Origin: Laetmonice hystrix
Taxonomy: Eukaryota
Assembly (NCBI GenBank): GCA_965235115.1
Contig: OZ249440.1
Span: 33,544,001-33,608,000 of the forward strand
DNA: 64,000 nucleotides
Direction of reading: 5' to 3'
This document shows positions 1 through 13,187 of the stretch, in pieces. Numbering within the stretch: position 1 is the stretch's first letter; the number at the start of each line of letters is the position of its first letter. The notes beneath the pieces were generated by a model. It did no database searches. It was not told the origin of the DNA and worked only from the letters and a program-made list of their open reading frames with translations. The position numbers and the translations under genes were made by a program.

Positions 1-688
1 AATACGGGCTTATAAGTCACGAAACAAGTAATTTTAAAATTTAACAGTATAGAGTGATATTTAAGAAAGGAAAAAGGGGGAATTGTAAACGTCCGCATGC
101 TAATTATAAATAAAGTCTTTTCTTTTGCAGTAACAGAGATAAATAAGTTTTGCAGTTAATTTTACCACATCAGCACTCATCATATATTTTAACCTATTCT
201 CGTAATTCATCACATCAAAATCTTGGCATTTTTCTCTAAATACCTGAAAGTATATGTTTCTAATAGCGTTATAAAAGGTACATTCGAACAAAAAGTGATT
301 TTCATCTTCAATAACGTTTTTCTCACATAGAATGCACAGCCTAAATTCAATTGGGATTTGAGTGTACCTGCCAGTCTCTATTTTAATAGGGAGGATACCA
401 CATTGAAATTGTGTTAGTAATGATCTATGTTGTCTATTGTATATTTTATAAACATAGGGTTCTGTATAATAGTTTTCTTTAAAAGTGAAGTATGTACGGA
501 GTTTAGGGACCACTGGTAACTCATTTATCCATTCTTGCTTTTCTACATCATGAAGATACTTTCTTGCTTTATCTAAATCAGCTTCTAAATTATTATGGTA
601 TCCATCAGTCATATCTAAAGATGATAGTACTTGTAAACATCACTATTCCAGTTACCAGTTGATCTCCTGCAGCTGCTATTAACCCTTT

Positions 689-780
689 CAGGGCGGACGA
701 TGCCTTGAGGCATTACCGTGCCAGGGCGGACGATGCCTTGAGGCATTACCGCCCCAGGGCGGACGATGCTTTGAGGCACT
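689..780. repeat. About 3 copies of a 33-bp tandem unit inside a ~350-bp insertion (681-1030)
   Basis: cagggcggacgatgc(c/t)ttgaggca repeats head-to-tail with no spacers. Confidence 0.9.
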
Positions 781-2099
781 TTTTTGTCTACTCCGACCAC
801 TCCACGTAAATCAGCCCCATTGATAGCAAGGATTGTCAATCACCCAACTACTGCCGAGTAGCTGTACTAACTCCTCCCCCTTACATATTACGTTGATTGC
901 TATTGTCTTTTAGACATGTGTCCCAAAATCATGTTTTTCGAGAAGAAAATCCAAAATGGCTCGCCCACGTGGTGTGGTGCGCAAAACTGGGTCAGCCCTC
1001 TGTGACGACTGTGAGGTAACAAACGTCGCCAGCATAGTCACAAGTAAAGATTTCCTTAGTCAAACGTTCTGACTGCATTTTCATTAGCCTATTCCAATAC
1101 CGTAACATTTCGACCTTTCTTCCGACACCACTGCCTATCCAGCCCACGTCCCCATTTATTGCCAGATTTGGAGCGAATTTGTGGACCCCTAGGTAAAATC
1201 TAATGGCTCTGTTTTGTACTGTGTCGCTATATCCGAATTTCTGGTATCCCTAAATCCCAGAACAGTAATCAAGAATTGGTGCCACTCCTGAGTGAAAGAG
1301 TTTTGTGTAACTGCTGAACCCCATTCCTTTAAGTTTACTAAATTTAGTATAGATAGCGCCCAGTGCTCTACTGGCGGGACTGGCTAAGACAGAAGCAGTG
1401 GTCTAGACTAAGTGTTCATCAAGAACAATACCCAAATATTTATATTTATCTACACATTCAACCATTTCATTATCAAACTTAAATTGAAAATCAGTTCTTT
1501 GGTGTTTTGCAGTTTTAAAATGTACAATCTTGGTTTTTCTTACATTTACTTTCATTCTCCATTGTTTACACCATTTCTCTAGAATATTTAACATTTCTTG
1601 GAGGTCTTCCTCGGATTCAGCAATTATGGCAAAGTCATCCGCATACAGTAAGAGTGCAATAATAAGACTTTCACTTAATTTGATGCCTTTTCTGTTATTC
1701 AGCACTGATGTGGAAAGTAAGCTTATCCCCCTATATTCCAGTGGCAAGCGTGGGTCGAGGAGAGAGTTCTTTGGTATGGGCTTTATTATGGCTAGGTTCC
1801 AGATCCTAGGTGTAAGACTGGATTCATAGATCTTATTAAAAAGCAAAGTTAAAATCCTGTCTGATCCATTATTCTTAAATATTTAATAAGGTAGGTTATC
1901 ACTACCAACTGATTTATTGTTGCGTGCTCGATTTACTACTTTTTAAACTTCGTCCACACTAATTTCGTGGTCTAATTCATCAAAATAATTGTTTGTGTTT
2001 ACATATTCAGTGTTCTAACCAGAAATATTTCTCACAGTGGGGGAATCTGATGGAGAAGCATCGAAATTTCGGAGCCGTGAGCGCTGCGGTTAAATCCAA

Positions 2100-2262
2100 T
2101 TTGGGACTGAAATAAGTGGTCGTAAAAGTGAATTCCGAGGTGGTCGTATTTCTGAAACTTAAATGCATTGAAAATATAGGGATAATTTTGGGACTGCTCA
2201 AAAGTGGTCGTATTTTTTAGGTGGTCTTAGTTCTGAGGTGGTCGTTAGGTGAGGTTCTACTG
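2100..2262. mobile_element. One end of a Tc1/pogo-like MITE
   Basis: Ends ...gaggttctactg followed by TA, with repeated gaggtggtc(g/t)t subterminal motifs. The other end was not found. Confidence 0.45.
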
Positions 2263-2375
2263 TATACTGTTTTTTTTGTTTTTTTCATTGCAGAATCCTG
2301 TAATCATCTCACCACACATCATGAAGATGACAACTGCAGAAATAAAGGTCTATACTTTATTTCAGCTGAGACAAA

Positions 2376-2640
2376 GGCGGATCCAGGGGGTACAGGGGGC
2401 ACGTGCCCCACCATTTAGCTTCCCTAATTATATATTAATGGGAAATCAAAGTTAAAAGTTTATTTTTTTCCCCAGATGAGACACATCACACCATGCGTGG
2501 TACATGCTGAAGCAAATAATTGTATCTTCTGACACAAAAGTCCTAGATTCAATATCACTAAGAGCTTTAGTGATGCAAACAATCATGAATTGTTTTCCTG
2601 TGCCCCCCCCCCCCCCCTTTAGTGAAATCCTGGATCCGCC
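2376..2640. mobile_element. Short MITE
   Basis: Inverted ends ggcggatccagg / cctggatccgcc; similar ends occur at 34152-34339. Confidence 0.6.
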
Positions 2641-4019
2641 AATGTAATAGTTATATTCTCGTCAAGTTCAATGTTCAGTGGTACCAGTCAATGTGTCTCT
2701 TTTTCAGCTCACCCCACTTTTGGATGGCAAGTTCAAAATTAAAATTCTCAGCTGGAGGTCCATGGATTGAGAGACGCATCCATGCATTCATTGATTTCTG
2801 ACTTAACCTGTTTCTAAGTGATGTCTTCACCCTGTTCATGGTCAGCGGACGTCCACAACGTCTGCTGACGCAAGCCCTCTCCTCTGGGCTCTGCACTAGG
2901 TCAGTAGGTGTCCTTCAGACGTTCAGCTCACAGAACACCAGGTGGCGCCACCGATAACCAGAAAACATGGCACGGAACGCATGCGCGATTGTAGTAAAAT
3001 ACCCCGGCTTCCGGTTTTTCGATCATTGGTTAAGCGATCGCGTATTAGCGTTTGTTGGTGAGAAAACAGGAATTTATAGAAATACACATGACAAATTCAT
3101 AAAGAGCTTATTTCATAAACCCCTTTTTGGAAAATATCACGGCGGCGGAAGCAGTTGTCAGCGCGGGGGAGCGCCGCAGCGCCGCGGCGCCGCGGTTCAG
3201 TTAGAACACTGCATATTATTGGTCTCTCAAACATTCCTCGTACAGATTGTCATAAAAAAAGCCAGGTTCGGGACGAAAGTTGTACAAACTTTTAAATTCC
3301 TGCTTCCATTTACCAAGGACACTAGGGAGATCAGCGACTATCTTGTTTTCCTCTAGACGGAGTATCGTCCCCAGTGTAGGGACGGACAGCGTTAACCCAA
3401 AAAACCCTACCTCCGATGTCAATCACTCGCTGTGCAAAATCCATCGTAACTACTGCCAGTTGAGGTGTCAATTCTAACGCAGCCCATCTTCTGTTCCTCT
3501 GCTGCACACTTTTCCGAGGATTTTTGCCCAAAGTTTTAATAAATCAGACTTTCGAAATTTCGAATCGCGCTGGTTCACTGACGTTAGCTGCCATACTGTT
3601 TGTTCTACTGCGCATGTTCAAAACATGCACACTGGCGACCAGGAGGGGAGCAGTCATTATTCTAGACCAAACAGCAATTCCTCCATTATGGCGCCAAACT
3701 AATAGCCAACGTTTGAAATGACTGCTCCCTTCGTGAGCTTGACCCCGGATGTGGATTTACAGAAATGGCGCCGGTTGTAAGACTATGGAAAGTGGTCGCT
3801 TGGTTTGGAAAATGGGCCGAATCTGTTGCTTAGAGGAACACCAAGTAAGTTCATTGGGCTCAGTAGCTGAAGGTAAAGGCAATCTTTTATTTGAACTGAT
3901 GGAAGAGGTGCGGAAGCACCTTCAGTCTGCGCTAGAACGTTTGGTCTCGTAGCCCGTTCGCTAGCGGATAGGCCGTGTATACGGCCTATGTTAGAGGCTA
4001 GTTTTCCTCATCATACACT

Positions 4020-4850
4020 TCCATGGGGATGTTATCCTTTTTCCTAGGCCTGAGCTTTTTAATGTTGTCCCAGAATTGTCGTATTCTGCGTGTATTCATG
4101 GTTGTTCCATATTCCAGGTATGGTCTTTACTATCTGAGGTCAATTCTGGACATGTCTTCCAAGTGATGTCCAGAAGGAGTTTCTGCATGAAAACCACGTG
4201 ATGAGGCATAACCCCGGCATCTGGAATGGGATATGGTCCGACATGTACATCGATGGGGTGGGGGCGGCCGCCAAAAAGCATGCGGACTTGGCAGTCAAAA
4301 GAGGACAAATTATTGAGAATGCTTTTGACTTCTCGAAACTAGGTGAGGATGGGTCAATGAAGTTTTTGCATGTTGAATGTGCTGAAATCGCGGTGGCCAG
4401 ACAAGACTTAAAGGAGCTTCAGTGCAACTATTCTATTCCAGGTACCATGGCCTGTCATGCTGTTGTTCCTCACCGTCCAGGAAAAAGTATCTCTATCTGG
4501 GAGACATCATGCTACAAAGATTGTTGTCGCTCTGTTCATGGATGGTTGTGTGCCTGCAGTTGCTGGCGTATTTGGAAAATGAAATTTGAAAGTGGAACTG
4601 GTAAAAGTGGGACTGTTCTTCTGATGAAAGTAGCTCTTCAGATCGCAGGCAGTCTTCGTCAATGAACGAGCAAGTCTCAGAAATTCATGTTGGCAGTTGT
4701 GTAGCCAGCTGCGACAATGCAGATTGGTTCATTGGGTGCGTGGAAAAAATACTGGAAGAGGATGAATATTTCATTGACTTCATGGTCAAGACAGTTTCTC
4801 TACCTGTGAAGTTCAGATGGCCCCAGTCAAAGGACAAACTAACAGGGGGC
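4020..4850 (+). pseudogene. Two fused transposase fragments: an Academ-type piece then a Sola2-like piece
   Basis: RYGLYYLRS...HVMRHNPGIWNGIWSDMYI matches the HVVRRSDRYWAGLSPDLVIE block of the Academ ORF at ~10290. It is followed abruptly by DGVGAAAKKHADLAVKRGQII...IPGTMACHAV...FRWPQSKD. The Sola2 label is tentative. Confidence 0.5.
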
Positions 4851-6054
4851 AATTGTCCATTTCTAGAAAACCTGACCCGACTATGTAGATCTAAAATATC
4901 GGCCGGCATGATAGAATATTATATTTTGCGACTCTTCCCTCCTTCCGCACGATGAAGTGCTCAAATTTCAACGAAGTCATTTCAGAATTTGTGGATGGGG
5001 CGCCAGGTCATCGTATTCGGATGGCACAGCCATCTGCGGACAGAAATGTTTTAAAAAAATTCGCTTTATTTCCTCTGATTAAGTACTTTCTGAGGCCAAT
5101 TCCATTCTGTTTTCCGTTTTATTATTGCAGTATCAGTTTCTGTTTTTTTTGTTTCATTTGCAAAAGTAGGCTATCTGTTAAAATGCAATGCATGAGCGAA
5201 ACACATCCTTTATTTATAGTCCAGTCATTCTACGATAAAAAAGGGCCAACCCACCACAAATTGCAACAGAAATTATTTTGTTGCCATTAATATCAGAAAT
5301 GTCCATAGAACAATATATCAAAAGTCTAGAAAAATCTAAGTGGTGGAACAGTGCCTAATTTGCATAAATCCATAGCAACCACCTAATAAGCTACAATAAA
5401 CTTGTGGAAATAACATTAGTAGCATTAAAGGAGTATAATGAGTATATTGATATTTAAGTAAGGCCACCTTGTTGCCTAGCAACGAGCTTTGAAACATTAT
5501 AGCTCCTTAGCAACCAATGACATAGTCCCATTACCTGCATTTATATTCCAATATTATCGCCTTCTGCTGAACTCTTCTCCTTCCCAAGTAGACAAAATAC
5601 TATCATAGATTGTTATGGCAACTTTGATTTGCACCCAAAACATTCTGTTACCTAGCAACAGATGAGTAATTCACGTTATATTCCTAGCAACTGTCATTGT
5701 CACATAGCCCGATGGAATCAGTTCACTAGAGTCATGTTAGTCGGGAGAACAAGTGGTAAATTGCCTCTTGCGACAGAACTTCACATGCTAAATCAAAAGC
5801 TTTTATTTTTTGAGTAGAACACTGAGGACTATATCATATCTCACATTTTCTGTTGAACTGCTAATGCAGATGGGTTTATTTATGGTGAAATAATGTGTTT
5901 TTGCCTCACAGTCCTGTTAGAATTACGAAATTAACTACCTCAAATATCAAAAGTCTTAAGAAAATCTAAATGGTGGAGTGCCTAACTTGCGTAATTCCAA
6001 GATGGCTGCCCAGTGGATAGAATATTTTTTTCTGAAAGATCTCTCTTTGCGGAA

Positions 6055-6190
6055 TCTTCTTCTTCCTCCTCCTCTTATTGGTCCTCTTCCGCTTCATCTT
6101 CCTCTTCCTCCTCTCCCTCTTCCTCATCCTCCTTTTCTTCCTTTTCCTCCCCTTCTTCCTTTTCTTCCCCTTCTTCCTCTTTCTCGTCGT
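6055..6190. repeat. Imperfect (CTT/CCT)n polypyrimidine microsatellite
   Basis: Seen directly in the sequence. Confidence 0.9.
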
Positions 6191-6393
6191 TGGACTGCTT
6201 CTTTCACCCTTTCTAGTGAGGTTTTGCTAGAGATTACAGTTGGGAGTATGTTGCTAGGCAACTGTTGTGACAATTACAACTGTTATGTCACAGTTGTTAC
6301 GTCATACAACAGACGTCTGCAGCGTTTTGGAAGTCCGTGGGTGGATGAATCTTTCTGCTCTCTTCGTGTTATGTAAACCTAGACTAAACAGTC

Positions 6394-9300
6394 ATGGATA
6401 ATTCCATGTGTGCACTTTGTAAGGAAACAATACTGTCCGAGCATAACAGTTCTACCCTGACTCAAAAAGGATGTAATGGCATCAGGAAAGCAAGTGAGGC
6501 CAAAAGTATAGATATTACTAGGCCTATAGTGCCGGGGCAAAAAGTTCATCAAGAATGTCGGCGAATACATTGCAACCCAAACTGTATAGGGGCCTACAAC
6601 CGAAAGAGGACCTCCTGTTCTACAGGTGAGAGTCATAGACCTACATTGCGTTCTGAAGAATTGCCTTTTGATTATGGCAAGCACTGTATTTTCTGCATCA
6701 AGTCTGACCTGTATGATGGCAAAAAGGAGGTTTTAAAGCTTGTACCAGTCCGAACATATGACTTTCAGACAAATGTAATGGATACAGGGGTGACTCATGG
6801 GCCCGCTTAGTGAAAGCCAGGATTGAATATGTCCAGGATCTTCATGCTGCTGATGCAGTCTATCATCAGGCTTGCAGTGTCAGTTTTAGGACTGGAAAGC
6901 AGATACCTCAGAAATACATTTCTCATGATGGTAGCAGTCAGAAACGCGCCAAGCTTTGCAGACCACGAGATGAAGTACAAACAGAAGCCTTTATGAAAGT
7001 CATTGGCTACTTAGAGGAACATGATGAGGAGCAGACTACAATAAATGATCTGATACAAAAGATGCCTGAATACCTGGGTAACACAGACAAGAAACCATAT
7101 GGGTTTACTCACATGAAAGAACAGATAAAAAAACATTTTGGAGATAAAATCATTATAACTGAAGTAAATGGCAAGCCAAATGTGGTCACCTTTTGGAGCA
7201 GTGCAGCCAGCATTCTTCAAGATTTCCATTCCCAGCAAAAAGGTGATAGCTCTGATGTTGAGAAACGTAGAATGATACAGACGGTTGCAAAACTCATGAA
7301 GAATGACATCAAGTCAATAACCCAGCATAAAGATACTTATCCGAAATGTCAAGAGATGTCTTCACTGGAAGAAACCACTGCATTCTTGCCGGAATCACTA
7401 AGTCTTTTACTTCAGTGTTTATTCTCAAGTACAGATGCAGAGATGAAGATCGCTTCAATAGGCCAAGCCATAATACAAGCAAGCCGTCCTCGTGTCATAC
7501 TGTCTCCACTGCAACGGGGACTTGGTGTTCAGCTGCATCACCTGTTTGCATCGAAATTCCTTATAGATACCCTGAACAAACATGGTTTTTGCTGCAGTTA
7601 TACAGAGGTCACTAAATTTGAGCGTAGTGATGCAGTCACACAAGGCCTGGAAATTTCGAATATGACTCCAGACACCTTTATCCAATATGTGGCAGACAAC
7701 GTGGACCACAACCTGAGGACCATAGATGGAAAGAACACGTTCCATGTAATGGGGATGATAGCCACAGTGACCCCTGGCACATCCTGCACGAGAACCATAC
7801 CACGTGTCACTGTTACATCAGAGGATATTGCTGCTGTGGGACATGTGAATGTTGAGCAGTTTATGTCGGAATTCGATGGCTTTAAGGCGTTGTGCTTTAA
7901 TGAATTACAAGAACACCATATAGAGGATCCGACTGCCAATGCTGATCTACTGTGGCATGTATCACTGTCACTCCGGACCCCTCGACCTGCCTGGGCTGGC
8001 ATGATGCAAATGGTACACAAGGGTAACCATCCAGGAAAATCCTCCGTCTTATTTCTGCCATTGATAGATATGAACCCAAGTGATATGACCTGCCTATACT
8101 CAACACTACTCTGTTTCTTCACATGCAACGCGTTACAAGGTTACACCCATTCTAACGTTTGATCAGCCTCTTTGGTGGAAAGCCCTGATGATACAGGAGA
8201 GCACACCTACAGATCATGTAATCAGATCCATCGTACTTAGGCTCGGTGGATTTCACACAGAGATGAGTTTCTTGGGCTCCATTGGACACATTATGGCAGG
8301 CACAGGGCTGCATGAACTGCTCGAGTGTGTATATGCAGACAATGCAGTAGGCCACATGCTAAGTGGAAAGGCCATTTCCAGAGCCATTCGTGGGCACCTA
8401 CTCGTAAGTGGAGCACTGAATAAGATTCTATTGTCACAGACACAGGCTTTTTGCATTCCAATAGCACGCATTACATCAAATCCAGGGATTGAAGTTCAAA
8501 CAAGAACGCCTACTGGAGCAGCAGCTCTTGAAACAAGGCATTCGGTCCCAGAAGAACATGCCCAACAGCCTACTAATAAAACTGATCCCGAGGGTAAAGG
8601 TGCTCCATCTGTACCAAATCTCCTAACTGCAGCCGGTACACTCTATGATGACCTAATGGCTGGAAGAATCACAGTAGGAAGTCTTCAAAACGCTAAAGTT
8701 CTACATGACATACATGACAAATTACAGGGAGAAAAAACTACCATGCAGAACCAACGTACAGCAAAATTATGGATTCAGTATCTAGAGATGGTGAAAATTC
8801 TATAGACACTCATCAAAGTCGAGCGGACTGGCAATTGGCAGCTCCATCTGAAGGCAATGCATCACATGTTACCATTTCTAGCAGCCTCAGGTCATAACAA
8901 CTACACAAAGGCCCGTATGCACAGCCTATACTTTCCCAAAGTGTCACTTTCGATCAAAGTATAACTTTGCAAAGTGACACCAAAGTGAAACTTTGGAGTA
9001 ACTTTCAGAAAGTGCAGCTTGGAATGCACCGGGCGTACTAAAACTGTACTTTGCAAAGTGTGACCCCAGTGCTTTTTTGTAAGTGTGTGTGTGTGTGGGG
9101 GGGGGATTGCACAATAGTAGGCCTATACTATTTCAACGGAGTGTCCAACTGCACAGACGCGTCGGAAGCAGTCCAACATTGGTCTTGCCCACCTGGAACC
9201 TAAAATAATTTCTTTAAGTTATTTTATTATAACTGTTGTAAACTGGATGAACTGGTCATGTTAACTGACTATAGCCCGACATATTCGTCTGATTATTTGA

Positions 9301-12168
9301 CACACTGACGGCTGATGAACCCCAGCAACATCACCTATAAACGTCTGAAAGCTCCCAGTTGCATCGAAATTCCGTTTTGAACATGAGAAAATCCGTTTTT
9401 TTCCGCTTGAATTTTAAAAATCCGTTTCAGTATTTCCCCAGTATGCTGAGTGTCCCAAAAAATGCACAACCATTATTTGCACACCTGTCACATTTACACG
9501 TTTCACATATGTTATAGGGAATCTTTTTACAAGAAAAATGCTCATTATTCCATCCTGGTTCGTCAGTGCATTTATGAATTATGTTACTTTTTGTTCATCA
9601 AAGTCATGCGTCTGAATGGCACTGTCAGGCAGCGTGATGTGTAATTGTACTTGTATTTAACATCTTATAAGTAGCAAAATTTATATTTGTACATGTATTT
9701 GACTTTATTTGAGATAAACTTGCGAGTTCAGAATGAGTGTGTGCAAGGAGGCGTCCCGTCCACACTGCCAACCCTCTGCACCGGCCGCCTCCCGATGACC
9801 GCCCTCCCGGTGACGGTCCCCTCCCCTCCCCATTACAGAATGCTTTGGTATAAGCGGATACAGGAACTGCTCATCACTGTACTCCTCAAATGGCTTGGCA
9901 TGATCTTGTATATATGGCCGACCACTCCTAGTTGCTCAAAGCTGATACATTTGCTCGATATTATCTAGCAAATCGTCCATGATACCCTTTTTCAAAGATT
10001 CCATGCACGCTCAATGTGCTGAGGCCGACCGAAAGTGTAGCTAAAGGGACCTCCTGCCCTGACTTAGCCGTTCCTTTCGTGTGGGCCTCTGAAAGTGTCA
10101 CTTTCACCAAAGTGGACGAAAAGTTGAGCTGGTGCATAAGAAAAGTGGAGCTAAAGCTATACTTTAGGGAAAGTAGGGCTAAAGTGAAGGCGGTGCATAC
10201 GGGCCAAAATCAGTCTACCTGTACTTACAAAACATGGAAAAACTAAAGGATGAGCATCCAGAAGTCTACAAGCACTTCCAAAATGGCCTACATGTAGTAA
10301 GAAGATCAGATAGATATTGGGCAGGGTTGTCACCAGACTTGGTCATTGAGCAGGTGCTGATGAGGAGTATGAAGAGTACCGGTGGTCTCACAAGAGGACG
10401 TGGGATGGCAGAGACACAACGCCTTGTGTGGTTGTTGTCCACCCCTGCCTGTTCAGAAGGGAACTTTGCCATGCAAGAGTTGACATCGGTGACTTTCCAT
10501 ACAAGTGAACAGCATAAGGATGTGTCAGAGGCAAGACAACAGAAGGATATGGTAGACACACAGGAGCTTCTCCTGTACCTAGGCTTCAGAAGTCCCTTTG
10601 ATCAAGACCCTTCCCTGCACAGTATAGCTACTGGTGTCACAGCTGATGCCTCTGTGAATGTTGAGTGTGCCAGAGAAGTTGGCGAGAAGATCCTTCAAAA
10701 GATGGTTGGACAGCAGATCTTGAAACATTCGTTTAAGAAAAAAGATCAAGTTGTAACCCTGAACAGCAATGGCACGGTCAAGATCACGGATGAAGCCATT
10801 CACATAGACCCCCAACTTCTTTTCCAGAGGCTAGTGACTGCAGGTTAACATAATGGGAACTTGGCTGAAGTGTTCCAATATGAATTGTGCAGCTATCCAC
10901 CATCACTATTTGAAAATAAACAGACACCCCGACTTGCAAACAAAGCTGCCTTGTCTGATGCCCTCTGGAAGCTGATGCCACATGATGTGCCCGTACCAAC
11001 AGGAGATATTCAGTACGTCCTGGATGGGGGTGCATTGCTGCATAAAATCCTATGGCATCGTGGATGTACATATGAGGAGATATGCCAGCAATACTGCAAG
11101 TATGTGAGAAGTCGTTATGGTCGTCCATTTGCTGTGTTTGATGGATATCAAGATGGCCCAAGTACAAAGGACACAACCCACCAAAGAAGAGCAGGGATGC
11201 GTGTTGGAGCAACTGTGCACTTCTCACGCTCCATGGTTTTCACAGGCAGCAAGAGCGACTTCCTCTCGAACAAGCAGAATAAACAGGGATTCATCCATAT
11301 GCTCAGTGATTACCTAGAACGTCAGGGATGCCACACAGAGCATGCCAGGGGAGATGCTGATCTCTTAATTGTGCAGACTACCATTGCTGCTGCAGCGCAA
11401 ACGACAAGGCCAACTGTCCTTGTTGGGGATGATGCCGACCTTTTGATTCTGCTGTGTTTTCATTCCTATCTCGCATCAAATATATACTTCCAACCAGCAC
11501 CCAGGCATGATATCAAAAAGTCACCAAGATGCTGGGACATTGCCCTTTTGAGATGCACACTTGGTTCAGAAGCATGTAATCATGTGTTATTCATGCATGC
11601 TATTCTTGGGTGTGACACTACATCCCATATCTATGGCCTAGGCAAAGGGGCTGCAGTAAAGCTCATGTGCACGAATCGCATGTTTCAGGAACAGGCCCAG
11701 GTATTTGGAAACCCAAACAGCACAAAGACAGATGTTACAGATGCGGGAGAGAAAGCCATTGTTGCTTTATATAATGGTCGTTATGGTGACAAACTGGATC
11801 TTCTCAGGCTACAGAGGTTCCATCAGAAAGTAGGCACGAGTAAATCTTGTGTCCAACCAAAAGTACTTCCTCCAACAGTGGCCGCTGCCAAGTTCCACAG
11901 CATGCGTGTGTACCTGCAAGTGCAGCAGTGGATGGGGCATGGACAACATTTGAAGCCACAGGAATGGGGATGGTATGAAAACGGTGGGAAGTACCTGCCA
12001 GTTCTAACTGATAAGGATGCAGCTCCAAAAGAATTGCTGGATGTAGTCAGGTGTAACTGTACCATGGGATGTGACACCATGAGGTGTAGCTGCAGGAAGC
12101 ATGGCCTCCACTGTTCTACTGGGTGTGGAAATTGTAGAGGTGTGCAGCAATGTAACAAGCCAGGATGA
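6394..12168 (+). pseudogene. Academ polyprotein (DDE transposase, XPG/FEN-like nuclease, Cys-rich C-terminus), disrupted
   Basis: Transposase motifs ADNVDHN, FDQPL, RLGGFH and DLVIEQ. Nuclease motifs VLDG, VFDGY, GDAD, DDAD and GCDTTS. Terminal CNC..C...CSC....C...C..C. Frameshifts near 6800 and 8110, stops at 8803 and 10846, insertion at 8910-10205. Confidence 0.85.
8910..10205. mobile_element. Non-autonomous PIF/Harbinger-like element inserted in the Academ ORF
   Basis: TIRs GGCCCGTATGCAC / GTGCATACGGGCC with AAA duplicated. Removing it restores the frame N-Y-T-K-S-V-Y-L-Y-L-Q-N-M-E-K. Confidence 0.85.
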
Positions 12169-12480
12169 TGATGAAGAACTTGAAATATGACATGCTGGGT
12201 TGGTGATATGGCAGTTGCTAACCCTTTAGATAACAAGTAAGTAGGGGAGTAAGTAGAAAGTAAGTAGGGGAGTAAGTCTGTAAGTGAGTGACACCATGAG
12301 GTGTAGCTGCAGGAAGCATGGCCTCTACTGTTCCACTTGGTGTCGACATTGTAAAGGGGTCTGCATCAATGCAACAAGCCAGATGATGAAGAAACTTTAA
12401 ATGTGACATGGCAGTCGCTAACCCTTTAGATAACAAGTAAGTAGGGCAGTAAGTAGAAGGTAAGTAGGTGAGTAAGTTTT
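12071..12480 (+). repeat. Diverged ~217-bp tandem duplication of the Academ Cys-rich 3' coding end and downstream sequence
   Basis: gtgacaccatgaggtgtagctgcaggaagcatggcctc occurs at ~12071 and ~12288; gctaaccctttagataacaagtaagtaggg also occurs twice. Confidence 0.85.
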
Positions 12481-12719
12481 ACATAGTGAGGGGTAGTCTG
12501 TATATAGAAAAAGTAATATTGTCCTTATTTAATTCCGTTAATGTCATGGAAACTGAAAAAAAAGGGTTTCTTGTTTATAATCTGGTTTATAACATTGTCA
12601 GACATTAAAGGGTGGTTTTAAGAAGTTTTTAACTTCAAAGTATATAGGACTCATTAGACCCTATTAGGCGGGGTCACCGGTGACCCCGTGGACCTCAGAG
12701 GCAAAAACACAATATTGCA

Positions 12720-13187
12720 ACAGCTGCTGCTCCCGGCGCTTAAGTAGCAGGAGGAGGGACTCAAGGTGCTGTGCTGGGGTCCCCCAACGAAAACCGTGCT
12801 CGGCCTGCTGCTCCCTGTACCTCATGTCGTAATCCAGCACTGACGCCCAATCACAGCAAGAGGCCAGCTCATGGATGGCCACCGTAAATGCCATGTAGTC
12901 CTCCATTTGGTCGCGCCGGAGGTCGCCCACCTTCAGGAAAAGGATTCGCATGTTGGCCGCACCCCACTCTACCTGCGTCAGGTACGATGGCGCCTGGTCG
13001 TCTGCCTGGATGGTAAAGGCGCCATCTGCCGTCTCAACCCAACGCAGCATCTCTCTCCTCCGTCTGGCCAGGCGTAGCTTGACTTGCTCAGGCACAAAGT
13101 CCTTGGCCCAGAGCGACTTTTTCGTCACTGCCCGAACCGTGAGCAGCATGTGGGGCTTCAAGCTATTATCAGCGGAGGCACTGCGGA
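12720..13187 (-). pseudogene. DIRS/Ngaro-like gag (ORF1) fragment inside Academ
   Basis: EWGAANMRI...DYMAFT..I.EL....W.SVLDYD.RYREQQA..GFRWG pattern, recalled from invertebrate tyrosine-recombinase retroelements. Confidence 0.55.

Larger units (their letters stand above)
2008..3211 (-). mobile_element. Internally deleted hAT element with 6-bp TSD and a transposase C-terminal remnant
   Basis: TIRs CAGTGTTCTAAC / GTTAGAACACTG, flanked by catatt on both sides. 2675-2820 encodes MNRVKTSLRNRL...MRLSIHGP...FNFELAIQKW (ZNF862-type hAT dimerisation region). Confidence 0.8.
1..3330 (-). mobile_element. Decayed non-LTR retrotransposon ORF2 (RT and C-terminal Cys/His region; RTEX/CR1-group-like), interrupted at 681-1030 and 2008-3211
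   Basis: RT motifs IIKPIPK, YRGISLL, LLYADD and YKYLG (1403-1846). C-terminal KLRTY...GILPIKIETGRY...RLCILC...EDENHFLFEC (100-612). Reading resumes across both insertions (DYA|NSSC; ECLRDQ|..NNYFDELD). Confidence 0.85.

Noticed and set aside
689..780. CRISPR-like 33-bp repeats
   Set aside because: They are head-to-tail with no spacers, no cas genes are present, and the context is eukaryotic.
5978..6376. Pro/Leu-rich and Ser-rich ORFs
   Set aside because: They are translations of a microsatellite.
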